Origin: Eledone cirrhosa
Lineage: Eukaryota
DNA length: 64,000 nucleotides
Assembly: GCA_964016885.1 (NCBI GenBank)
Contig: OZ024744.1
Span: forward strand, 106,516,001-106,580,000
Direction of reading: 5' to 3'
Part shown: piece after piece, positions 26,444-37,600 of the stretch
How positions within the stretch are numbered: position 1 is the stretch's first letter
How the letters are laid out: each line of letters starts with the position of its first letter
Notes under the pieces: generated by a model
Database searches by the model: none
The model's input: the letters and a program-made list of their open reading frames with translations, nothing else
Told to the model about the DNA's origin: nothing
Position numbers and translations under genes: made by a program

Positions 26444-26860
26444 CAGTTTTCGGTTGATTCAACCAACCAATAAATACTTCTCTTTTATATTATATTATAT
26501 ACTAGCAGAATGGCCCGGCGTTGCTCGGGATTTGTTCTAGGGTTCTTATATATTTGATATATATTTATCCTTATCGAGCCTCGTGAAATAAATACGTTTG
26601 TTTATATTTTGTTATTGTGTATGAAAAAATATCTGTATACGAATATATAATTATATATATATATAACAGTACAAAGAAGTACGGAATACCTCGGCCTTGA
26701 GATGGTGCCTACATTATGTGCCTATAAAAAAAATTTGTCATAGATTAGCAGGTTTTTTTTTCCATGCGAAGAAAATCAATACTTTATCGCGAAATAAATA
26801 CTTTTGTTTATATTTTGTTATTGTGTATGCAAAAATATCTGTACACGAATATATAATTAT
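25988..26860 (-). mobile_element. Two further Helitron-like elements in tandem (3' ends at 25988 and 26502)
   Basis: actagc followed by GC hairpins (tctggcttcgcccgg; cccggcgttgctcggg), the reverse complement of Helitron 3' termini. Confidence 0.6.
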
Positions 26861-26867
26861 ATATATA

Positions 26868-28585
26868 TCATCATCATCATCATCGTTTAACGTCCATATT
26901 CCACGCTTGCATGGGTTTGGACGGGGGTTTTCCCACTTGAGGCAAGAGTGGTTGTCTTGCTCGCATAGGACTGTCTGGCGGGTTTTCTACGGCTGGATGC
27001 CCTTCCTAACACCAACCACATTTACAGTGTGGAACTGGGAGGTTTTTACCGTGTTACCTACACGGCCACATTACAGCGTGGACTGTGTGTTTTTTTGTCG
27101 TGACACCTACACGACCTCATTTGTTTCGGGCTGGATGTTGTGACACCAACATAACTTTACATTGAAAGGGGTGGTGTGGATGGGATGGGGGTAGTGGGAC
27201 GGGGTGTGTTTTGTTAGAGGTGTCTACTGACTGTAGTAGGTTTCACTTTGTACTTAGGTAAGGCGGGTCTTCTCTATTACTGTGTAGCGCCAAAGCTCTC
27301 GGTCCAGTGACATTGTCTTGGAGAGGTGTAAGTCTGTGAGGTCGGAATTTATCAAGTCGTCCCAGGTTTTTCTGGGTCTGCCTACTCCGTGGCTACCGTC
27401 TATTTTTATTGCCCTGCACTTTTTTATACAGCTGTCGTCTTTCATGCGCATCACGTGACCATACCAACGTAGTCTTCTCTCGAGTAAACAACATCTGATC
27501 CCTCTTATTTCTAATTTCTCCCTTAGTACGTTTATGCTTTGCCGTTCACGTATATTACTATTACACATCCAGCGGAGCATGCAAGCTTCGTTTCTCTCCA
27601 GTCTGCATATATCCTCTGCACACAATGCCCAGTTCTCACTGCCATGTAACATTGCTGTTCGTATGCAGGCATCATACAGCCTGCCTTTCATTTTTAGAGA
27701 GAACCCTTTAGCGGCCAATAGTGGTAAAAGCTCTCTGAACTTTTTCCATCCCGTTCTGACTCTAGCTACTGTACTTTCAGAGCACCCTCCCCCACTGCTG
27801 ACTTTATCACCCAGGTAACGGAAGCTGTCCACTATTTCTATAGAACCATCTGGGCAATGGAATGTGTTAGTATTACGTGGGCACTTGCTGCTACTTATTG
27901 CACCAGAACACCGACCACATATAAAATCTATATTCTTAGATAGTTTACCTGTGATCCCACTACATCTTTTATGTACCCATACTTTGCATTTGGGACATAA
28001 AATGGAGTTTCTACCTACTCCTTTCCTACACATTGAGCATGGCCATTTCCCAGAGAGCACCAGTGCCCTATTTTCCTTCCTATATACTAGAACTTTAGTC
28101 TTAGACAGGTTAATTTTAAGGCCTTTTGATTCTAGGCCATGCTTCCATGTTTGGAATTTCTTCTCTAGTTCAGCCTTTGATTCAGCTATGAGCGTTAGAT
28201 CATCTGCATATAGGAGTTCCCATGGGCAGCCGGTCTTGAACTCCTCTGTTATAGCCTGAAGGACAATAATAAATAGTAGGGGGCTAAGGGCGGAGCCCTG
28301 ATGAACACCAACTTTTACGCTAAACTCTTCACTATATTTGTTGTTAATTCTAACCTTGCTGACTGTTTCTTTATACATGGCTTGTATAACTCTCACAAGC
28401 CATTCATCAACACCTAGTTTTCTAAGGGCCCACTAGGCCAGCTAGGTACTTCTCCTGTAGTTGTCGTACAATGAAAAGTGCGTCTGTTGTACTTTTACCT
28501 GACACAAACCCGAACTGCATTTCGTCTAGATCAATTCGCTCTCTGATTAGTTGCGCTATTACTTTTTCTGTGACCTTCATGACCT
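26868..28585 (-). mobile_element. RTE LINE, 5'-truncated, 380-aa open RT segment with PHD-like insert
   Basis: ORF 27254-28396 with QG, YADD and FRYLG motifs; internal deletion near 28435; 3' UTR and (ATG)n tail. Confidence 0.95.
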
Positions 28586-28629
28586 ATATATATATATATA
28601 TTATGACATATATATATATTCATGACATA

Positions 28630-28830
28630 TATATATATTACTAAAACAGAGAATGTCTGTTTGTCTGCCTGTCTGTACAATCACTAAAACTCGAGAACCA
28701 CCCAACCAATTTTTTTCAAACTTTACACATGTAATACTTATGGTCCTATTGAGTGTTCTGAGCAAAAAAAAAAATTTCAAATTTTCAATGCCATAGGGAC
28801 TGTCGATTAAATCGACCCTAGTGCGTGACT
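28630..28830 (+). mobile_element. Possible Helitron-like 5' fragment
   Basis: tatattactaaaac followed by a (gtct)n-like tract and ccaattttttcaaacttt, resembling non-autonomous Helitron 5' ends. Confidence 0.4.
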
Positions 28831-28875
28831 GGTACTTTATTTTATCGGGATTTGAACTCAGATCATAAAGAGCCG

Positions 28876-29261
28876 TAACTCTATGCTGCAAAGCATGGTG
28901 TCCGACCCTCTACCAATACTGCCAATTCGCCGCCCTTATATATATCAAATAATGGTAGTTGAGACAGGATTAAATCACCATAATTGTTTATTGCATTTAG
29001 CATATGCCGAACCACATCACTATCATCACTGGATGGACATGCATGGCCACCGGCATATCACAATGATTGCATAAATCCACCAATGATTGCGTAAGCATCT
29101 GACGAAATCACAGGGATAACCATGTAACAGAAATATATATAATGCAATAAACAATTATAGTGATTTAATTCCATCTTAACTACCATTATTTGATAAATAA
29201 ATAAGGGCGGTGAATTGGCAGTATCAATAGAGGGTCGGACATGCTTTCCAGCATAGTTACG
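28876..29261. repeat. Inverted repeat (arms ~28876-28997 and ~29141-29261) around an HHR relic
   Basis: Arms are reverse complements and include a family B SINE head. Confidence 0.75.
29095..29145 (+). ncRNA. Degenerate hammerhead motif inside a fold-back
   Basis: GCAT-CTGACGA-(weak stem II)-GAAA-TATATA-TA^ATGC. Confidence 0.55.
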
Positions 29262-29595
29262 TCCCCTTACAATCTGAGTTCAAATCCTGCCGAGGTTAAC
29301 TTTGCCTTTCATCCTTACGGGGGTCGATAAAATAAAGTACCAGTAACCTACAATTGCTGGCCTTGTGCCAAATGTAGAAACAATTATTTGATAAATAAAT
29401 GTGCGGTGGATTGGCAGTATCGGTAGAGAGTTGGACGCCATGCTTTGATGCACAGAGCTACGGCCCTTGCCATTCTGAGTTCGAATCCCGGCGAGGTTAA
29501 CTTTACCTTTCATCCTTACGGGGTCGATAAAATAAAGTACCAGTAATGTACTGGCTATGTGCTGGCCTTGTGCCAAAAAGTAGAAACAATTACTT
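29205..29595 (+). mobile_element. Two tandem family B SINEs
   Basis: Two head-to-tail copies homologous to 6237-6430. Confidence 0.85.
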
Positions 29596-29851
29596 GATAA
29601 ATAAATACTCTGTCACTCATTATCACACACCTGGGATAAACTATTGATGTTTAGTGCTTTGGATTGCTAGAACCTGCTTATCATTAGTAAGTTACTATAT
29701 AACAACTAAAATAAACAACACTCTTGTACAATATATATCAATATATATATGTATGAATGAAGTAATTCCGTCAGAAAGGTCCAGGAAAAAAGAGTGCTCT
29801 ATGTAGGTTACAGAGCTTAATAGTTATGTAATAAACAACATAAGGTAATTA

Positions 29852-29912
29852 TTTCATTTACCAGTGGTTTCTTGAAAGCAAACAAAATTTGCTTTCAATC
29901 ATCAGAATGAAA
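29852..29912 (-). ncRNA. Type-I hammerhead ribozyme (left arm of palindrome)
   Basis: Reverse-complement copy of 29936-29996, differing only in the stem II loop. Confidence 0.85.
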
Positions 29913-29935
29913 AAATCCTGGTGACACCAGGATTT

Positions 29936-29996
29936 TTTCATTCTGATGATTGAAAGCAAAATTTGTTTGCTTTCAAGAAACCACTGGTAAATGAAA
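29936..29996 (+). ncRNA. Type-I hammerhead ribozyme (right arm of palindrome)
   Basis: TTTCATT-CTGATGA-TTGAAAGCAAA(ATTTG)TTTGCTTTCAA-GAAA-CCACTGG-TA^AATGAAA. All three stems pair; predicted cleavage after 29989. Confidence 0.88.
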
Positions 29997-30159
29997 TAAT
30001 TACCTTATCTTGTTTATTAGATAACTATATATATATATATATATATATCTATATCCAAAATTAAGATAATCAAAATTATGGGTGTCATGCCAGAAAGACA
30101 TGCGCCATATCACCCGCAAAATAAGCTCTAAGATTCTAACGAGTAGGTCCGAGCATTTT

Positions 30160-30268
30160 ATAATAACTAGAAATTGATTAACATATAAATAAACATGAAT
30201 AATCACAGGAGATAATCTCTTGTGATTATTCATGTTTATTTATATGTTAATCAATTTCTAGTTATATA
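30160..30268. repeat. ~108-bp palindrome centred at 30214
   Basis: ataactagaaattgattaacatataaataaacatgaataatcac...gtgattattcatgtttatttatatgttaatcaatttctagttat. Confidence 0.9.
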
Positions 30269-30371
30269 TATATATCATCATCATCATCATCATCGTTTAA
30301 CGTCCATGTTCCACGCTTGCATGGGTTTGTATATATATATATATATAATATAACTTTTCTTCTATTTTCAG

Positions 30372-30487
30372 CTCTTAAATTTTTGTCTCAGTTTATTGAT
30401 CCTGCCATATTGGAGGAATATTTCCGTTTGAAAAATAAGCTGAAACAAGTGGAAACAAGTCTTGAACCATTCCTAAAAAACCCACAA
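30372..30487 (+). CDS. GLE1: GLE1 internal exon (LKFLSQFIDPAILEEYFRLKNKLKQVETSLEPFLKNPQ)
   Basis: Acceptor ttttcag| at 30371 (phase 1), or alternative tttgtctcag| at 30391 (phase 0). Donor |gtatgt at 30488 is phase 0 and in frame with the exon at 42381. Helical segment expected just before the conserved GLE1 domain. Confidence 0.7.
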
Positions 30488-30704
30488 GTATGTTGTCTTC
30501 ATAAAAGTTTGATTTAAAACCTACTTTTTCTGCAACTTAAAAAACTTTTAAGATTTTAATGTTTCTGACTATTAATCTTTCCTTCTTCTTTTAAATTCTT
30601 AATGTGATACAGTCATAGTACTGTTTTGTACATTTCAACAATGTCTTGCTAATGTGGTTTCATGTGGTACAGGATGTTAATTAACTAATTTCATGTATTA
30701 ACCG

Positions 30705-31500
30705 TCATCAGGCAGTGACGGTCCACAGAATCAAAGGCCTTCCTAAAGACAATGAAAACCATGACCGCAGGAAGGCACTTTGCTCTAACTCCTCTAATAT
30801 CCTCCTCAGCATCAGGATGTGACTGGTGGTTGATCTTCCCTCTCTGAAGCTGTTCTGGTTGTCCCTGAGCTTCTTCTCCATCTCAGGCTGGATCCTGTTA
30901 AGAATCATCCTGTTGAGAGTCTTTGCCACAAGTGACGTCAGTGAGATCCCCCTGTAGTTGTTGGTGTTAGAGAGATCTCCCTTCTTTGGCACTGGGACGA
31001 TGTTACTGATCCTCCACTGATTCAGGGCAACTCCTTTCTCCAGTGCCTGGTTACAGAACTCCAGGATGATATCATCAAAATCACACCTCTTCATCACCTC
31101 TGATGCCACTCCATCGTCATAAAGACCTGAAGATCTGTCTCTTCGTCGCTGCTGTACAGGTCTGAGACTTCCACACTGACCAAGAAACTCAGTCAGATGG
31201 TGGTAGGTGCTACACAGGGATGCTGGGAATGAAGAACTCAGAGCTGTACAGGAGTCAGCTCGAAAATGACACAGAGAAGACTGAGATTAGCTGGACATGC
31301 TCACCGACATTCAGAGTTGACATTGCAGTCAGCGGTCCTGTGTGAGCTCCTACACGACACACTGGAGGAGACAGACAGGGGAAGTCATATGTTGATGCCC
31401 TAAGGACAGACACTGGTGTCTGGGAGATGCAGCACATAGCAGCAATGATGAAGGACAGAGAAAGCTGAAGAGAACTCATCCACGGATCTTGGGATTTTTA
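30705..31500. mobile_element. RTE-like LINE (second family) with inverted 5' segment
   Basis: Minus 30708-31115: PVPKKGDLS..NYRGISL..FREGRSTT. Plus 31135-31490: C-terminal region ..EP(T)H..SYVDALRTDTG..MKDRES. Confidence 0.8.
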
Positions 31501-31639
31501 CCTGCTCTACATATATTTAGCTAAAAACCTTCCATCATAATTCTTTATAAGAACCTTTAAGTTATGTTCCAAAACACCAGCTTAATAATGAGAAAGTTAG
31601 TTATATTACTAAATATATACAAATTCTTGTATAGTTTCA

Positions 31640-34600
31640 AAATGATAATGAAAGGGTTAATGACATAGACAGTGTCTTTCATTAGAAATATGGTAATGAA
31701 AGGGTTAATGACATAGACAGTGTCTTTCATTAGAAATATGGTAATGAAAGGGTTAATGACATAGACAGTGTCTTTCATTAGAAATATGGTAATGAAAGGG
31801 TTAATGACATAGACAGTGTCTGTCATTAGAAATATGGTAATGAAAGGGTTAATGACATAGACAGTGTCTGTCATTAGAAATATGGTAATGAAAGGGTTAA
31901 TGACATAGACAGTGTCTTTCATTAGAAATATGGTAATGAGTGGGTTAATGACATAGACAGTGTCTTTCATTAGAAATATGGTAATGAAAGGGTTAATGAC
32001 ATAGACAGTGTCTTTCATTAGAAATATGGTAATGAGTGGGTTAATGACATAGACAGTGTCTTTCATTAGAAATATGGTAATGAAAGGGTTAATGACATAG
32101 ACAGTGTCTTTCATTAGAAATATGGTAATGAAAGGGTTAATGACATAGACAGTGTCTTTCATTAGAAATATGGTAATGAAAGTGTTAATGACATAGACAG
32201 TGTCTTTCAATAGAAATATGGTAATGAAAGGGTTAATGATGTATACAGTGTCTTTCATTAGAAATATGGTAATGAAAGGGTTAATGACATAGACAGTGTC
32301 TTTCATTAGAAATATGGTAATGAAAGGGTTAATGACATAGACAGTGTCTTTCATTAGAAATATGATAATGAAAGGGTTAATGACATAGACAGTGTCTTTC
32401 ATTAAAAATATAGTAATGAAAGGGTCAATGACATAGACAGTGTCTTTCATTAGAAATATGGTAATGAAAGGATTAATGACATAGACAGTGTCTTTCATTA
32501 GAAATATGGTAATGAATGGGTTAATGACATAGACTGTCTTTCATTAGAAATATGGTAATGAAAGGGTTAATGACATAGACAGTGTCTTTCATTAGAAATA
32601 TGGTAATGAAAGGGTTAATGACATAGACAGTGTCTTTCATTAGAAATATGGTAATGAATGGGTTAATGACATAGACTGTCTTTCATTAGAAATATGGTAA
32701 TGAAAGGGTTAATGACATAGACAGTGTCTTTCATTAGAAATATGGTAATGAAAGGGTTAATGACATACACAATGTCTTTCATTAGAAATATGGTAATGAA
32801 TGGGTTAATGACATAGACTGTCTTTCATTAGAAATATGGTAATGAAAGGGTTAATGACATAGACAGTGTCTTTCATTAGAAATATGGTAATGAAAGGGTT
32901 AATGACATAGACAGTGTCTTTCATTAGAAATATGGTAATGAAAGGGTTAATGACATAGACAGTGTCTTTCATTAGAAATATGATAATGAAAGGGTTAATG
33001 ACATAGACAGTGTCTTTCATTAGAAACATAGTAATGAAAGGGTCAATGACATAGACAGTGTCTTTCATTAGAAATATGGTAATGAAAGGGTTAATGACAT
33101 AGACAGTGTCTTTCATTAGAAATATGGTAATGAATGGGTTAATGACATAGACTGTCTTTCATTAGAAATATGGTAATGAAAGGGTTAATGACATAGACAG
33201 TGTCTTTCATTAGAAATATGGTAATGAATGGGTTAATGACATAGACTGTCTTTCATTAGAAATATGGTAATGAAAGGGTTAATGACATAGACAGTGTCTG
33301 TCATTAGAAATATGGTAATGAAAGGGTTAATGACATAGACAGTGTCTGTCATTAGAAATATGGTAATTAAAGGGTTAATGACATAGACAGTGTCTTTCAT
33401 TAGAAATATGGTAATGAGTGGGTTAATGACATAGACAGTGTCTTTCATTAGAAATATGGTAATGAAAGGGTTAATGACATAGACAGTGTCTTTCATTAGA
33501 AATATGGTAATGAAAGGGTTAATGACATAGACAGTGTCTTTCATTAGAAATATGGTAATGAAAGTGTTAATGACATAGACAGTGTCTTTCAATAGAAATA
33601 TGGTAATGAAAGGGTTAATGATGTATACAGTGTCTTTCATTAGAAATATGGTAATGAAAGGGTTAATGACATAGACAGTGTCTTTCATTAGAAATATGGT
33701 AATGAAAGGGTTAATGACATAGACAGTGTCTTTCATTAGAAATATGATAATGAAAGGGTTAATGACATAGACAGTGTCTTTCATTAAAAATATAGTAATG
33801 AAAGGGTCAATGACATAGACAGTGTCTTTCATTAGAAATATGGTAATGAAAGGATTAATGACATAGACAGTGTCTTTCATTAGAAATATGGTAATGAATG
33901 GGTTAATGACATAGACTGTCTTTCATTAGAAATATGGTAATGAAAGGGTTAATGACATAGACAGTGTCTTTCATTAGAAATATGGTAATGAAAGGGTTAA
34001 TGACATAGACAGTGTCTTTCATTAGAAATATGGTAATGAATGGGTTAATGACATAGACTGTCTTTCATTAGAAATATGGTAATGAAAGGGTTAATGACAT
34101 AGACAGTGTCTTTCATTAGAAATATGGTAATGAAAGGGTTAATGACATACACAATGTCTTTCATTAGAAATATGGTAATGAATGGGTTAATGACATAGAC
34201 TGTCTTTCATTAGAAATATGGTAATGAAAGGGTTAATGACATAGACAGTGTCTTTCATTAGAAATATGGTAATGAAAGGGTTAATGACATAGACAGTGTC
34301 TTTCATTAGAAATATGGTAATGAAAGGGTTAATGACATAGACAGTGTCTTTCATTAGAAATATGGTAATGAATGGGTTAATGACATAGACTGTCTTTCAT
34401 TAGAAATATGGTAATGAAAGGGTTAATGACATAGACAGTGTCTTTCATTAGAAATATGGTAATGAAAGGGTTAATGACGTATACAGTGTCTTTCATTAGA
34501 AATATGGTAATGAAAGGGTTAATGACATAGACAGTGTCTTTCAATAGAAATATGGTAATGAAAGGGTTAATGACATAGGTAGTGTCTTTCATTAGAAATA

Positions 34601-37600
34601 TGGTAATGAAAGGGTTAATGACATAGACAGTGTCTTTCATTAGAAATATGGTGATGAAAGGGTCAATGACATAGACAGTGTCTTTCATTAGAAATATGGT
34701 AATGAAAGGGTTAATGACATAGACAGTGTCTTTCATTAGAAATATGGTAATGAAAGGGTTAATGATGTATACAGTGTCTTTCATTAGAAATATGGTAATG
34801 AAAGGGTTAATGACATAGACAGTGTCTTTCATTAGAAATATGGTAATGAAAGGGTTAATGACATACACAATGTCTTTCATTAGAAATATGGTAATGAATG
34901 GGTTAATGACATAGACTGTCTTTCATTAGAAATATGGTAATGAAAGGGTTAATGACATAGACAGTGTCTTTCATTAGAAATATGGTAATGAAAGGGTTAA
35001 TGACATAGACAGTGTCTTTCATTAGAAATATGGTAATGAAAGGGTTAATGACATAGACAGTGTCTTTCATTAGAAATATGGTAATGAATGGGTTAATGAC
35101 ATAGACTGTCTTTCATTAGAAATATGGTAATGAAAGGGTTAATGACATAGACAGTGTCTTTCATTAGAAATATGGTAATGAAAGGGTTAATGACGTATAC
35201 AGTGTCTTTCATTAGAAATATGGTAATGAAAGGGTTAATGACATAGACAGTATCTTTCATTAGGAATATGGTAATGAAAGGGGTAATGACATAGACAGTG
35301 TCTTTCATTAGAAATATGGTAATGAAAGGGTCAATGACATAGACAGTGTCTTTCATTAGAAATATGGTAATGAAAGGGTTAATGACATAGACAGTGTCTT
35401 TCATTAGAAATATGGTAATGAAAGGGTTAATGACATAGACAGTGTCTTTCATTAGAAATATGGTAATGAATGGGTTAATGACATAGACTGTCTTTCATTA
35501 GAAATATGGTAATGAAAGGGTTAATGACATAGACAGTGTCTTTCATTAGAAATATGGTAATGAAAGGGTTAATGACATAGACAGTGTCTTTAATTAGAAA
35601 TATGGTAATGAATGGGTTAATGACATAGACTGTCTTTCATTAGAAATATGGTAATGAAAGGGTTAATGACATAGACAGTGTCTTTCATTAGAAATATGGT
35701 AATGAAAGGGTTAATGACATAGACAGTGTCTTTCATTAGAAATATGGTAATGAATGGGTTAATGACATAGACTGTCTTTCATTAGAAATATGGTAATGAA
35801 AGGGTTAATGACATAGACAGTGTCTTTCATTAGAAATATGGTAATGAAAGGGTTAATGACATAGACAGTGTCTTTCATTAGAAATATGGTAATGAATGGG
35901 TTAATGACATAGACTGTCTTTCATTAGAAATATGGTAATGAAAGGGTTAATGACATAGACAGTGTCTTTCATTAGAAATATGGTAATGAAAGGGTTAATG
36001 ACATACACAATGTCTTTCATTAGAAATATGGTAATGAATGGGTTAATGACATAGACTGTCTTTCATTAGAAATATGGTAATGAAAGGGTTAATGACATAG
36101 ACAGTGTCTTTCATTAGAAATATGGTAATGAAAGGGTTAATGACATAGACAGTGTCTTTCATTAGAAATATGGTAATGAAAGGGTTAATGACATAGACAG
36201 TGTCTTTCATTAGAAATATGGTAATGAATGGGTTAATGACATAGACTGTCTTTCATTAGAAATATTTTAATGAAAGGGTTAATGACATAGACAGTGTCTT
36301 TCATTAGAAATATAGTAATGAAAGGGTTAATGACATAGACAGTGTCTTTCATTAGAAATATGGTAATGAAAGGGTTAATGACGTATACAGTGTCTTTCAT
36401 TAGAAATATGGTAATGAAAGGGTTAATGACATAGACAGTGTCTTTCAATAGAAATATGGTAATGAAAGGGTTAATGACGTAGGTAGTGTCTTTCATTAGA
36501 AATATGGTAATGAAAGGGTTAATTACATAGACAGTATCTTTCATTAGGAATATGGTAATGAAAGGGGTAATGACATAGACAGTGTCTTTCATTAGAAATA
36601 TGGTAATGAAAGGGTCAATGACATAGACAGTGTCTTTCATTAGAAATATGGTAATGAATGGGTTAATGACATAGACTGTCTTTCATTAGAAATATGGTAA
36701 TGAAAGGGTTAATGACATAGACAGTGTCTTTCATTAGAAATATGGTAATGAATGGGTTAATGACATAGACTGTCTTTCATTAGAAATATGGTAATGAAAG
36801 GGTTAATGACATAGACAGTGTCTTTCATTAGAAATATGGTAATGAAAGGGTTAATGACATAGACAGTGTCTTTCATTAGAAATATGGTAATGAATGGGTT
36901 AATGACATAGACTGTCTTTCATTAGAAATATGGTAATGAAAGGGTTAATGACATAGACAGTGTCTTTCATTAGAAATATGGTAATGAAAGGGTTAATGAC
37001 GTATACAGTGTCTTTCATTAGAAATATGGTAATGAAAGGGTTAATGACATAGACAGTGTCTTTCAATAGAAATATGGTAATGAAAGGGTTAATGACATAG
37101 GTAGTGTCTTTCATTAGAAATATGGTAATGAAAGGGTTAATTACATAGACAGTATCTTTCATTAGGAATATGGTAATGAAAGGGGTAATGATATAGACAG
37201 TGTCTTTCATTAGAAATATGGTAATGAAAGGGTCAATGTCATATACAGTGTCTTTCATTAGAAATATGGTAATGAATGGGTTAATGACATAGACTGTCTT
37301 TCATTAGAAATATGGTAATGAAAGGGTTAATGACATAGACAGTGTCTTTCATTAGAAATATGGTAATGATAGGGTTAATGACATAGACAGTGTCTTTCAT
37401 TAGAAATATGGTAATGAATGGGTTAATGACATAGACTGTCTTTCATTAGAAATATGGTAATGAAAGGGTTAATGACATAGACAGTGTCTTTCATTAGAAA
37501 TATGGTAATGAAAGGGTTAATGACATAGACAGTGTCTTTCATTAGAAATATGGTAATGAAAGGGTTAATGACATAGACAGTGTCTGTCATTAGAAATATG

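Larger units (their letters stand above)
29821..30027. repeat. Near-perfect ~207-bp palindrome centred at 29924 carrying two HHRs
   Basis: Centre cctggtg-a-caccagg; arms match out to tagttatgtaataaac / gtttattagataacta. Confidence 0.92.
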
